The translations under genes were made by a program, and so were the position numbers. Of a stretch of DNA of 36,197 nt, positions 22,923 through 31,747 are shown piece after piece. Every line of letters begins with the position of its first letter. The first letter of the stretch is position 1. Location of the stretch: contig CALBYO010000057.1 of the NCBI GenBank assembly GCA_937889705.1, positions 1 to 36,197 of the forward strand. Direction: 5' to 3'. The notes under the pieces were generated by a model. The model was not told the DNA's origin. It was given only the letters and a program-made list of their open reading frames with translations, and did not search any database. This stretch comes from an uncultured Bacillota bacterium. GTDB lineage: Bacteria > Bacillota > Clostridia > Christensenellales > UBA1242.

Positions 22923-25118
22923 TTATGATAAATTTTGTGGGTTTATTTCCACGAAAAGTGATATTTTTGAGTCTTTTTCGTTGTCACAAAGCGCATAAAC
23001 TTGTTTTCTTATCTTTTCCCAGTTTACAACACGCATCAAAACTTGAAATCTAAATTTGTTTTTAACTCTGCCAACTGGCGATTTCATTGCATCAAGATAA
23101 ACAAAATTTTCTTTATCTTGTTCTTTAATTTCTCTAACTTTTTGAATTATATTTTTTGTCTTTTCATAAGCAACTTCTTCGCTATCTGCACTTATGAGCA
23201 AACGAACAATCGTTGAATATGGAGGGAAACCCGTCGCTTTTCTCAAATTGATTTCTTTATCAAAAAATCCTTTGTAATTATATAATTTTGCAAATTTATA
23301 AACATAATGCTTTGGATTGTATGTTTGTAAAATTACTTTTCCAAGTTTGTCGCTTCTTCCTGCTCTGCCACTTACTTGCGTGATAAGTGCAAAAGTTCTT
23401 TCCGCACTTTTATAGTGACTTTGATACAAACTTTGATCAGCGTCAACAATTCCAACAAGAGTTACATTTGGAATGTCATGACCTTTTGCAATCATTTGTG
23501 TGCCAACCAGAATTGATGGCTTATGATTTCTAAATTCGGACAATATTTTTTCGTGACCATTTTTGTTTCGCGTTGTGTCGTTGTCCATTCTAAAAATTGG
23601 AATGTCTGGAAAATATTTTTTTAATTCCAAAACAACTTGCTCTGTTCCGATTGCTCCTTGTTTAATTGCTTTGCTGCCACATTCTGGACAAACATCTAGC
23701 ACATGAAAACGCTTGCCACAATAATGACATTTTAATTTATTTTCTGCTTTGTGATAAACAAGTGAAACATCGCAGTCCGAACATTTTGCAACATAACCAC
23801 ATTCTCTGCACATCATAAACGAAGAATAGCCGCGGCGATTAATAAAAATCATTGCTTGATTTTTTTCGCTCATACATTCTTCTAAATTTGCCAAAAGCGA
23901 GCGAGAAAATATGCCTGTATTTCCGCATCTGATTTCTCCCAGCATGTCCACAATTTGAATTTCTGGCATATCTTTGCCATTTGCTCTAACTGGCAATTCA
24001 AAAAGGTTGTATTCGCCGTCAATAACTTTGCTATAACTTTCAAGCGATGGCGTTGCACTTCCAAGCACAAGTGGGCAACCATTTTGCTTTGACCTAAATT
24101 TTGCAATTTCGATTGTGTTATATCTTGGATTGCTTTCGCTCATATATGAGCCGTCATGTTCTTCGTCAATTATGATAATTCCCACATTTGTTAGCGGTGC
24201 AAAAATGCAAGAACGCGCCCCAACGGCAATTTTAGCATTGCCCGAAAGCAATCTACGCCACTCATCAAAGCGCTCACCAGCAGATAAACCGCTGTGCAAA
24301 ATTGCAACATTTTCACCAAACCTTTCTGTGAAATGTTGAAGCACTTGCGGAGTTAAAGAAATTTCTGGAACAAGCATAATCGCCGTTTTATTCTCTTTTA
24401 AAATTCTTTCAATAAGATGCATATACACTTCGGTTTTACCGCTTCCGGTTACGCCATGAAGAAGATATGTGCCCGCAGCAGTTATGCCGTCAACTGCTTT
24501 TTGCTGATAATTGTTTAATGTAATTTTTGCATTTTCAATTTGCAAGTTTGATTTTGGTGTCCGATATTTCTCTTGCGGAATTTTTTTAATAACGCCCAAA
24601 TTAACAAGAGTTTTTATAGCACTATCAGAAAAATTTTTCACCTGCTCGGCTTCAATAATTTCGTTATTTTTCAAAAAATCAATGATTTCTTGCTGTTTTT
24701 TTGCATTTTTTTTGCAAATAAATGAATTTAAATCGAAATTTTCAACTTTTTGGTAAGCATTTACATAAAGCGGTTTTATTTTTTCACCGCGCATTTCTGA
24801 CGGAATAAAAAGCCTTAAAACGTCAACTTTTTTTAGATTGTATTCTTCCACCATGAATTTCATGAGATTTAACATCTCTGGCAAAATAACTGGATTTTCA
24901 TCTAAAAACTTTATTATTTCTTTTAATTTTGAACTATCTAAATTTGAACTTTCTTTTGTGTTAATTATGTAACCTTCAATTTTGCGATTTCCGAAAGGGA
25001 CTAACACACGCCTTCCAACAAGCGTGGAAAAACTTTCCAACGCAAAATTTGGAATTAAATAGTCAAACACTTTGTCTACATTGCTGCTTGTTATTTCAAC
25101 AATAACTTCTGCTATCAT
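22923..25118 (-). CDS. priA: primosomal replication-restart helicase PriA
   Basis: Track ORF of 731 aa. [16 protein letters not shown], Cys-rich zinc-binding insert (CRECGY...CSDCD...CHYCG...CPECG). Confidence 0.95.
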   Translation of the reverse strand: MIAEVIVEITSSNVDKVFDYLIPNFALESFSTLVGRRVLVPFGNRKIEGYIINTKESSNLDSSKLKEIIKFLDENPVILPEMLNLMKFMVEEYNLKKVDVLRLFIPSEMRGEKIKPLYVNAYQKVENFDLNSFICKKNAKKQQEIIDFLKNNEIIEAEQVKNFSDSAIKTLVNLGVIKKIPQEKYRTPKSNLQIENAKITLNNYQQKAVDGITAAGTYLLHGVTGSGKTEVYMHLIERILKENKTAIMLVPEISLTPQVLQHFTERFGENVAILHSGLSAGERFDEWRRLLSGNAKIAVGARSCIFAPLTNVGIIIIDEEHDGSYMSESNPRYNTIEIAKFRSKQNGCPLVLGSATPSLESYSKVIDGEYNLFELPVRANGKDMPEIQIVDMLGEIRCGNTGIFSRSLLANLEECMSEKNQAMIFINRRGYSSFMMCRECGYVAKCSDCDVSLVYHKAENKLKCHYCGKRFHVLDVCPECGSKAIKQGAIGTEQVVLELKKYFPDIPIFRMDNDTTRNKNGHEKILSEFRNHKPSILVGTQMIAKGHDIPNVTLVGIVDADQSLYQSHYKSAERTFALITQVSGRAGRSDKLGKVILQTYNPKHYVYKFAKLYNYKGFFDKEINLRKATGFPPYSTIVRLLISADSEEVAYEKTKNIIQKVREIKEQDKENFVYLDAMKSPVGRVKNKFRFQVLMRVVNWEKIRKQVYALCDNEKDSKISLFVEINPQNLS

Positions 25119-25159
25119 GCAAGTATTATACCAGCAACTTTCAACAAAATCAAACTAAA

Positions 25160-26260
25160 TTAAATTTTAAGCGGAATAATTTTTTCCCATGGGAATTCAC
25201 TTCTTCCAAAATGTCCATAACAAGCAGTTGGCTTATAAATTGGTCTAAGCAAATCTAATTCATCAATTATATTTTGTGGTGAAAAATCAAAATTATTTTC
25301 AACAATTTGATAGATTTTTTCTTCTGATATTTTGTTTGTTCCAAAAGTGTCTATATAGAGCGACAAAGGTTTTGAAAGTCCAATAGCATACGAAACGCCA
25401 ATCTCACATTTATCGCATAAGCCCGCTGCCACCAAATTTTTTGCAACATACCTGGAATAATACGCTGCACTTCTGTCAACTTTTGTTGCATTTTTACTGC
25501 TAAAACAACCGCCGCCAACTTTTGCCATACCGCCGTAAGTGTCAACTATGATTTTTCTACCCACGCAGCCGCTGTCACCATAAGCGCCCCAAATTGTAAA
25601 CTTGCCACTTGGATTGATTATGTATTTTATATCATTCTTGTTATATTTTTTGTATTCTTTCAAAACAACATCAATAACATTTGCTTTAATGTCATTAACA
25701 ATTTGCTCTTGACTTAACTTCTCTGAGTGCGAAACGCTCATCAAAATCGTATCTATCTTTACAGGCTTATCGCCGTCATATTCAACAGTCACTTGACTTT
25801 TCGCATCTGCAAAATACTCTTTTTTATGTTTTCTTCTAAATTCTTCATACACTTTCATCAACTTATGAGCAATCATAATTGTGAGAGGCATGTATTCTTC
25901 CGTTTCATTTGTTGCATACCCAAAAATAATACCTTGGTCGTTTGCTTGCAAAGTTTTCTTAACTACCGCTTGATTTATATCTGGGCTTTGTTTCGTCAAC
26001 TCTTTAATAATTTCAAATTTGTTTGAATCATAACCCACTTCATCTAAAACTTCTTTTGCAATCTTGTCATAATCAATATTCGCTTTTGTTGTTGCTTCAC
26101 CATACACAAAAAGTTTGTTCGACTTAATTGCACATTCCACTGCCATTTGACTAAATTTGTCTTGCCTTAATGCTTCGTCCAAAAAGGCGTCTGCGATTGT
26201 GTCGCAAGTTTTGTCTGGGTGTCCAATATTTACACTCTCAGATGTTAAAAATTTTTTCAT
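25160..26260 (-). CDS. metK: S-adenosylmethionine synthase
   Basis: Track ORF of 366 aa. SESVNIGHPDKTCD, GDSGCVGRKIIVDTYGG, FSSKNATKVDRSAAY. Confidence 0.93.
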   Translation of the reverse strand: MKKFLTSESVNIGHPDKTCDTIADAFLDEALRQDKFSQMAVECAIKSNKLFVYGEATTKANIDYDKIAKEVLDEVGYDSNKFEIIKELTKQSPDINQAVVKKTLQANDQGIIFGYATNETEEYMPLTIMIAHKLMKVYEEFRRKHKKEYFADAKSQVTVEYDGDKPVKIDTILMSVSHSEKLSQEQIVNDIKANVIDVVLKEYKKYNKNDIKYIINPSGKFTIWGAYGDSGCVGRKIIVDTYGGMAKVGGGCFSSKNATKVDRSAAYYSRYVAKNLVAAGLCDKCEIGVSYAIGLSKPLSLYIDTFGTNKISEEKIYQIVENNFDFSPQNIIDELDLLRPIYKPTACYGHFGRSEFPWEKIIPLKI

Positions 26261-26301
26261 TTCCTTTCCCTTCTTTTGTTAAACTCATTTAGATTTGCAA
26301 T

Positions 26302-26420
26302 AAAAAATCCGCCTTGATGGCGGATAAAATTTTATTATGCCATCAATCAAGCATTAGCACCTTACCCTAAGGCAGGTTGCTGTGCGGTCATCAGGCTTGC
26401 CCCTCGCGCACTCTAAATGG
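26302..26420 (-). ncRNA. SAM-I (S-box) riboswitch with terminator/antiterminator expression platform
   Basis: The minus strand contains GAGGGGCAAGCCUGAUGACCGCACAGCAACC...UAAGGUGCUAAUGC. UUGAUGGC (the 3' side of P1) can instead pair with GCCAUCAA in the terminator. Terminator AUCCGCC-AUCAA-GGCGGAU plus U6 lies at 26302-26325. Confidence 0.85.
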
Positions 26421-26427
26421 TAATTTT

Positions 26428-26456
26428 ATTGTAACGCAATGAGCCTATTTTGTCAA
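26428..26456 (-). promoter_or_regulatory. sigma-A type promoter of the metK leader
   Basis: Minus strand reads TTGACA (26456-26451), 17 nt, then TACAAT (26433-26428). Confidence 0.8.
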
Positions 26457-26528
26457 CAATTTTTATAATTTTTAAAAAAAGACTTTTCTTTTGGTTTTAC
26501 ATGTTGTATAATTCTTTTGGAGATTAAT

Positions 26529-27521
26529 ATGAAAGAAAGAATTTTAACAGGCATTAAACCAACAGGTATTCCACATCTTGGAAACTATTTTGGAGCAATC
26601 AAGCCAGCGATTGAATTAAGTGAAAATCCAGATTATGATTGTTTGTATTTTATCGCAGACTATCACGCACTCAACATTATTAAAAATAAAGACGACTTCA
26701 AAAAATACACTTATATAATTGCAGCAACATGGCTCGCTTGTGGCTTAAATCCTGAAAAAGTTATGTTTTATAAACAATCAGACTTACCAGAAGTTTTTGA
26801 ACTTAACTGGATTATCTCCAATGTAACAGCAAAAGGTCTTTTAAATCGTGCACACGCATATAAAGCCTGCGTTGAAAAAAACTTAGAATGTGGAAACGAC
26901 CCTGATTTTGGCGTAAACATGGGTCTTTATAACTACCCTGTTTTAATGGCAGCCGATATTTTGATTATGAACTCAAACAGAGTTCCAATCGGACAAGATC
27001 AAAAACAACATTTGGAAATTGCAAGAGATATCGCCACAGCGTTCAACAGCACCTATGGTAATTGTTTTACTTTGCCACAAGACTATATTTCTGAAACGCT
27101 TGGAACATTGCCAGGTCTTGACGGCAGAAAGATGAGCAAAAGTTACGGAAACACAATTACGCTTTTTGATGACGAAAATGTTTTGAAAAAACAAATCAAC
27201 AAAATTGTAACAGACAGTAAAATGCCAGGCGAACCAAAAGACACAAACTGCACACTTTTCCAAATTTATTCACTCTTTGCAAATGAAGAACAAAAGAAAG
27301 AAATGCAAGAAAAATTTGAAAACGGAATTGGTTGGGGCGAAGCAAAAAAACAAACTTTTGAACTCATTAATAGTTACCTTTCACCTATGCGCGAAAAATT
27401 TAATTATTATATGTCCAACACAAAACTTATTGATGAAATCCTGAAAAATGGTGCACAAAGAGCAAGGCTTATAGCAACTCGCACGCTAGAAAAAGTTAGA
27501 AAACTCATCGGCAAAATTTAA
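26529..27521 (+). CDS. trpS: tryptophan--tRNA ligase
   Basis: Track ORF 26517..27521 starts at TTG. ATG 26529 follows GGAG by 6 nt. HLGNY (HIGH-type) and KMSKS motifs. Confidence 0.93.
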   Translation: MKERILTGIKPTGIPHLGNYFGAIKPAIELSENPDYDCLYFIADYHALNIIKNKDDFKKYTYIIAATWLACGLNPEKVMFYKQSDLPEVFELNWIISNVTAKGLLNRAHAYKACVEKNLECGNDPDFGVNMGLYNYPVLMAADILIMNSNRVPIGQDQKQHLEIARDIATAFNSTYGNCFTLPQDYISETLGTLPGLDGRKMSKSYGNTITLFDDENVLKKQINKIVTDSKMPGEPKDTNCTLFQIYSLFANEEQKKEMQEKFENGIGWGEAKKQTFELINSYLSPMREKFNYYMSNTKLIDEILKNGAQRARLIATRTLEKVRKLIGKI

Positions 27522-27552
27522 AGCAACTTCTTTAAGTTGCTTTTATTTTTTG
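27522..27552 (+). terminator. trpS terminator
   Basis: AGCAACTT-CTTT-AAGTTGCT followed by TTTATTTTTTG. Confidence 0.85.
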
Positions 27553-27553
27553 T

Positions 27554-27582
27554 TTGACACATTTTGTAAATTTTTGTAACAT
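27554..27582 (+). promoter_or_regulatory. sigma-A type promoter placed 6 nt from the GNAT start codon
   Basis: TTGACA (27554-27559), 17 nt, then TAACAT (27577-27582), 6 nt, then ATG 27589. No SD in between. Confidence 0.6.
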
Positions 27583-27588
27583 TAGTTT

Positions 27589-28704
27589 ATGGAAAATTTT
27601 ATCGTCAGGAAAGCCAAAAATGGCGAAATTAAAAAAATTGTAAAAACTGCAAACGCAGCGTTTATTCCAGTGCGCAATCCCGATTATGATTTTAAACGCA
27701 CGATTCCAAAAATCTATAAAACTAAAAATGATTATAGCAACATTCATCATGTAATTGAAATAAATAATGAATTTGTTTCTATATGCGGCAACTTAATAAG
27801 ATTTATAGAAATTGATAATGTTAAATATAAATTTTCAATTGTCGGCACTGTGTCCACTATTCCAAATTATCAAAATCATGGTTGTATGAAAGCACTTATG
27901 AATTCAGTAGATAATGAGTGCAAAAATGAAAATGTTGTTTTTAGCATGTTGACTGGCGAACGACAAAGATACAATTTTTTTGGCTTTGAAAAAGCAGGTT
28001 TTGATTTTATTTACGAATTTAGCAAATACTTTTTAAAGCATCACACAGCAGGCTCAATTTCAATTAAAAATTTTAAAAAATCAGACTGTAACAACATGTT
28101 TGAAATTTATAAAAATTCGCAAATTTTTAATTTGCGTAGCAAAGAAAATTTTATTGAATGTTTGTCTGATTTCCGTTGTAAAATATATACAATCTATGAT
28201 AAAAACCAATTTATTGGCTATTTTGTTGTAAAAAAAGGCGAAATTATTGAATTTTTTATTCAAAATTTAAATCTAATTGAAAATATTGTTTATCAAATTA
28301 TTGAAAAATTAAATTTTGATGAATTGAAAATCCACATAAACCCGCTGCATACAAACTTATGTTTTGCGCTTGATAAAATCGCACAGGAAGTATCATCAGT
28401 TGATAATTTGCATTTTAAAATTTATGATACGAAAAAATTTATTGAAATGCTTTTGGCTATCAACACAAAATTTCGTAAATTTAAAAATGTAAAAGAAATA
28501 TATCAAATTGAAAATGAGATTTTACAAATTTCAATAAAAGATAATAATTTTGAAGTTAAAAAATTAACAAACAGCAAAAAAATAAATGCAAGATTTACAA
28601 AGCAAGAATTTGTGAGATTTGCTTTAAGTATTAAAAATAATTACAAAATAAATTCAGACATATTCCCTGTTGTTTTTGGAATTGATATTTGCGACTTGTT
28701 TTAA
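27589..28704 (+). CDS. GNAT-family N-acetyltransferase, Eis-like long form (371 aa)
   Basis: Track ORF. VGTVSTIPNYQNHGCMKALMN resembles the acetyl-CoA-binding motif A. The length and extra C-terminal domains match Eis-type GNATs. Confidence 0.55.
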   Translation: MENFIVRKAKNGEIKKIVKTANAAFIPVRNPDYDFKRTIPKIYKTKNDYSNIHHVIEINNEFVSICGNLIRFIEIDNVKYKFSIVGTVSTIPNYQNHGCMKALMNSVDNECKNENVVFSMLTGERQRYNFFGFEKAGFDFIYEFSKYFLKHHTAGSISIKNFKKSDCNNMFEIYKNSQIFNLRSKENFIECLSDFRCKIYTIYDKNQFIGYFVVKKGEIIEFFIQNLNLIENIVYQIIEKLNFDELKIHINPLHTNLCFALDKIAQEVSSVDNLHFKIYDTKKFIEMLLAINTKFRKFKNVKEIYQIENEILQISIKDNNFEVKKLTNSKKINARFTKQEFVRFALSIKNNYKINSDIFPVVFGIDICDLF

Positions 28705-28705
28705 A

Positions 28706-28735
28706 ATAAAAAACTGGAAAATTCCAGTTTTTTTA
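28706..28735. terminator. bidirectional terminator between the GNAT gene (+) and uvrB (-)
   Basis: A-run, then AACTGGAA-AA-TTCCAGTT, then T-run. It abuts the uvrB stop at 28733. Confidence 0.85.
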
Positions 28736-30685
28736 TTTCAGTTCTTTTCTAAGTTCAGAAATTCGATTTCTGATTTCAATTGCAGTTTCAAAGTCAAGTC
28801 GCGATGCCGCAGTTTGCATCAATCCTTTAAGGGTTTCAATCTCTTTTGGAATTTCTTCTTTTCTAAGTTTTTGAGCCTTTGCTGCTTTTGTGATTTGAAG
28901 CGTATTTTCAATCTTTTTTACAATCGTTTTTGGCGTGATATTATGCTCTTTATTGAACTGCATTTGAATTTCTCTACGCCTGTTAGTTTCGCCTATTGCT
29001 TTTTTCATCGCGTCTGTTATTTTGTCCGCATACATAACAACTTTGCCTTCACTGTTTCGTGCTGCACGACCGATTGTTTGAATTAACGCTTGTGACGAAC
29101 GCAAGAAACCCTCTTTATCTGCATCTAAAATCAGAACGCGCTGAACTTCCGGCATATCCAAACCTTCCCTAAGCAAGTTAATTCCAACAAGAACATCAAA
29201 TTCGCCGCTGCGAAGACCATTGATAATTTCAACCCTGTCAAGAGTGTCAATTTCTGAGTGCAAATAACGAACGCGGATTTTCTTATCTGATAAATAAGAT
29301 GTCAAACTCTCTGCCATTTTTTTGGTTAAAGTTGTAACCAACACGCGGCCATTATTTTTAACAACTTTGTTAATTTCTTCCACGATATCATCAATTTGAT
29401 TTTCGGTTTTCCTGACTTCAATTTCTGGGTCTAAAAGACCTGTTGGACGAATTAATTGTTCAACAACCTGACCGCTCTTTTTGAGTTCATATTCCGCTGG
29501 TGTGGCAGAAATATATATTGTTTGCCCCAATTTATGGTTAAATTCGTCAAAATTTAAGGGACGATTGTCAAAAGCGGACTTCAAACGGAAGCCATAATCA
29601 ACTAAGTTTGTCTTGCGTGCTTTGTCGCCGTTGAACATTGCTCTAACCTGTGGCAAGGTCATGTGACTTTCATCAATTATTGTTAAAAATTCACTTGGGA
29701 AATAATCAAGCAAAGTAAAAGGCGCTTCTCCAACTTTGCGGTTATCAAAATAGCGAGAATAGTTTTCAATGCCTGAACAATATCCCACTTCTTTCATCAT
29801 TTCAATATCATAATAAGTTCTTTCTTTTAGCCTTTGTGCTTCAAGAAATTTTCCATTATCCAAAAATGCTTGCACTTCTTTATCGCAGTCTTTTTGAATT
29901 TGGTCAATGGTTTGATACAACTTGTCAGAGCCAACTGCATAGTGAGTTGCAGGGAAAACTGATGCTTCTTTGAGTTCTCTTACAACTCTGCCAGTTAGCG
30001 GGTCGAACTCGCAAACACGCTCGATTTCGTCACCAAAAAACACAACTCTGATTGCCCTTTCGCTGTTACTTGCTGGGAAAATATCCAAATTATCGCCTTT
30101 TGCACGGAAATTACCGCGTTTAAAGTCGATTTCATTTCTTTGATATTGGCAAGTTATCAGTTTCTTGATAATTTTCTCGCGCGAAACATGATCCCCTTCA
30201 CGAAGCAAAATTTGAAGTCTTAAATATTCGTCAGGATTTCCAAGGCCATAAATGCACGAAACAGATGCAACAACAATCGTGTCACGCCTTTCCAAAATTG
30301 AACCTGTTGCGGAGTTCCTAAGCCTGTCGATTTCTTCGTTAATCGCCATGTCTTTTTCAATATAAGTGTCAGATGAAACAATGTATGCTTCTGGTTGGTA
30401 ATAATCATAATATGAAACAAAGAACTCGACCCTATTGTTAGGAAAAAGTTCTCTAAATTCGTTACAAAGTTGCGCTGCAAGAATTTTATTATGTGCAATA
30501 ACAAGTGTTGGTCGATTTACTTTCTCAATAACATTTGCGATTGTGAAAGTTTTACCGCTACCCGTTACACCTAACAAAACTTGCGACGCAAGACCATCTT
30601 TTACGCCTTCGACGAGTTTATCAATCGCTTGTGGCTGGTCGCCCGCTGGTTTGTAGTCGCTTACAAGTTCAAATTTTTCTTCCAT
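28733..30685 (-). CDS. uvrB: excinuclease ABC subunit B
   Basis: Track ORF of 650 aa. [22 protein letters not shown]-terminal UVR domain ([16 protein letters not shown]). Confidence 0.97.
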   Translation of the reverse strand: MEEKFELVSDYKPAGDQPQAIDKLVEGVKDGLASQVLLGVTGSGKTFTIANVIEKVNRPTLVIAHNKILAAQLCNEFRELFPNNRVEFFVSYYDYYQPEAYIVSSDTYIEKDMAINEEIDRLRNSATGSILERRDTIVVASVSCIYGLGNPDEYLRLQILLREGDHVSREKIIKKLITCQYQRNEIDFKRGNFRAKGDNLDIFPASNSERAIRVVFFGDEIERVCEFDPLTGRVVRELKEASVFPATHYAVGSDKLYQTIDQIQKDCDKEVQAFLDNGKFLEAQRLKERTYYDIEMMKEVGYCSGIENYSRYFDNRKVGEAPFTLLDYFPSEFLTIIDESHMTLPQVRAMFNGDKARKTNLVDYGFRLKSAFDNRPLNFDEFNHKLGQTIYISATPAEYELKKSGQVVEQLIRPTGLLDPEIEVRKTENQIDDIVEEINKVVKNNGRVLVTTLTKKMAESLTSYLSDKKIRVRYLHSEIDTLDRVEIINGLRSGEFDVLVGINLLREGLDMPEVQRVLILDADKEGFLRSSQALIQTIGRAARNSEGKVVMYADKITDAMKKAIGETNRRREIQMQFNKEHNITPKTIVKKIENTLQITKAAKAQKLRKEEIPKEIETLKGLMQTAASRLDFETAIEIRNRISELRKELK

Positions 30686-30691
30686 ATAGTT

Positions 30692-30719
30692 AGTATATCA
30701 AATATAAATTTTTTATCAA
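30692..30719 (-). promoter_or_regulatory. sigma-A type extended -10 promoter placed 6 nt from the uvrB start codon
   Basis: Minus strand reads TTGATA (30719-30714), 16 nt, then TGaTATACT (-10 at 30697-30692), 6 nt, then ATG 30685. No SD. Confidence 0.55.
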
Positions 30720-30735
30720 TTATTTTATTGTCATT

Positions 30736-31740
30736 TTAAACTTTTTCAACAACTCTTAATTTTGCGCTTGCGCTTCTTGAATTTATTTTCAATTCTTCTT
30801 CGCTTGCAATTATTGGTTTTTTGGTTATCAATATCACTTTTGCTTTATGTCCACACACGCAAATAGGAATGTTCGGTGGACAAATGCACTCGCGTGCCAA
30901 TTCTTTAAAAGTTTGTTTAACAATTCTATCTTCAAGAGAATGAAAAGAAATGACAGAAAATCTTCCGTGAATATTAAGTTTGTCAACAACGTTTTCAAGC
31001 AGTGTGTCAAGTCCGTCCAATTCACCATTTACAACAATTCTAAGCGCTTGAAAAACTTTTTTAGCAGCACCGCCGCGAGAAAAAACAACTTTTTTTGGCA
31101 TACTGCTTTCAACAATTTCATTTAATTGCAAAGTAGTTTCAATAGTACTGTTTGCCCTAAATTTGACAATATTTTTTGCAATAGACCTCGCAAATTCTTC
31201 TTCGCCATATCTAAAAAATATGTCCGCAAGTTGTTGTTCGGTATAATTATTGACGATATCTGCCGCTGTGAGCGTTGCGCTTTGATCCATTCGCATATCC
31301 AATCTTGCCTCTTGTCGGAATGAGAAGCCGCGCTCCGCGCAATCTATCTGGTGTGAACTTATACCCAAGTCAATTAACACACCATCAACGCCATCAATTT
31401 TTAATTGTTCCAATGCAGATTTAAAATTTTTAAAATCCGATTTTATAATAATAGCAAGTGGCAATAATCGATTTGCATATTTTGAAAAATCAAAATTTGA
31501 GAGTTCATCTAATGTTAATATAACAACCTGACAAAACTCTTTCAATCGCAAACTTGCGGCATTAATTGCGTCTATATCTTTATCAAACGCAATTAAAATG
31601 CCATTTTTACTTAATTTTTTAACAATTTCGCTTGAATGTCCAGCCCCTCCGACCGTGCAATCAACATAAATCCCATTCGGTTTTATTTGTAAACTTTCAA
31701 TAACTTCATTCAATAAAACTGGGATATGAACAAATTCCAT
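30736..31740 (-). CDS. rsmH: 16S rRNA (cytosine1402-N4)-methyltransferase
   Basis: Track ORF of 334 aa. HIPVLLNEV, DCTVGGAGHS, ISFHSLEDRIVK. Confidence 0.92.
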   Translation of the reverse strand: MEFVHIPVLLNEVIESLQIKPNGIYVDCTVGGAGHSSEIVKKLSKNGILIAFDKDIDAINAASLRLKEFCQVVILTLDELSNFDFSKYANRLLPLAIIIKSDFKNFKSALEQLKIDGVDGVLIDLGISSHQIDCAERGFSFRQEARLDMRMDQSATLTAADIVNNYTEQQLADIFFRYGEEEFARSIAKNIVKFRANSTIETTLQLNEIVESSMPKKVVFSRGGAAKKVFQALRIVVNGELDGLDTLLENVVDKLNIHGRFSVISFHSLEDRIVKQTFKELARECICPPNIPICVCGHKAKVILITKKPIIASEEELKINSRSASAKLRVVEKV

Positions 31741-31747
31741 AATTATC

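Noticed and set aside
26457-26528. Looked for a T-box leader upstream of trpS.
   Set aside because: Only about 70 nt lie between the divergent metK promoter and the trpS start. That is far too short for a T-box, and no specifier or T-box sequence is seen.
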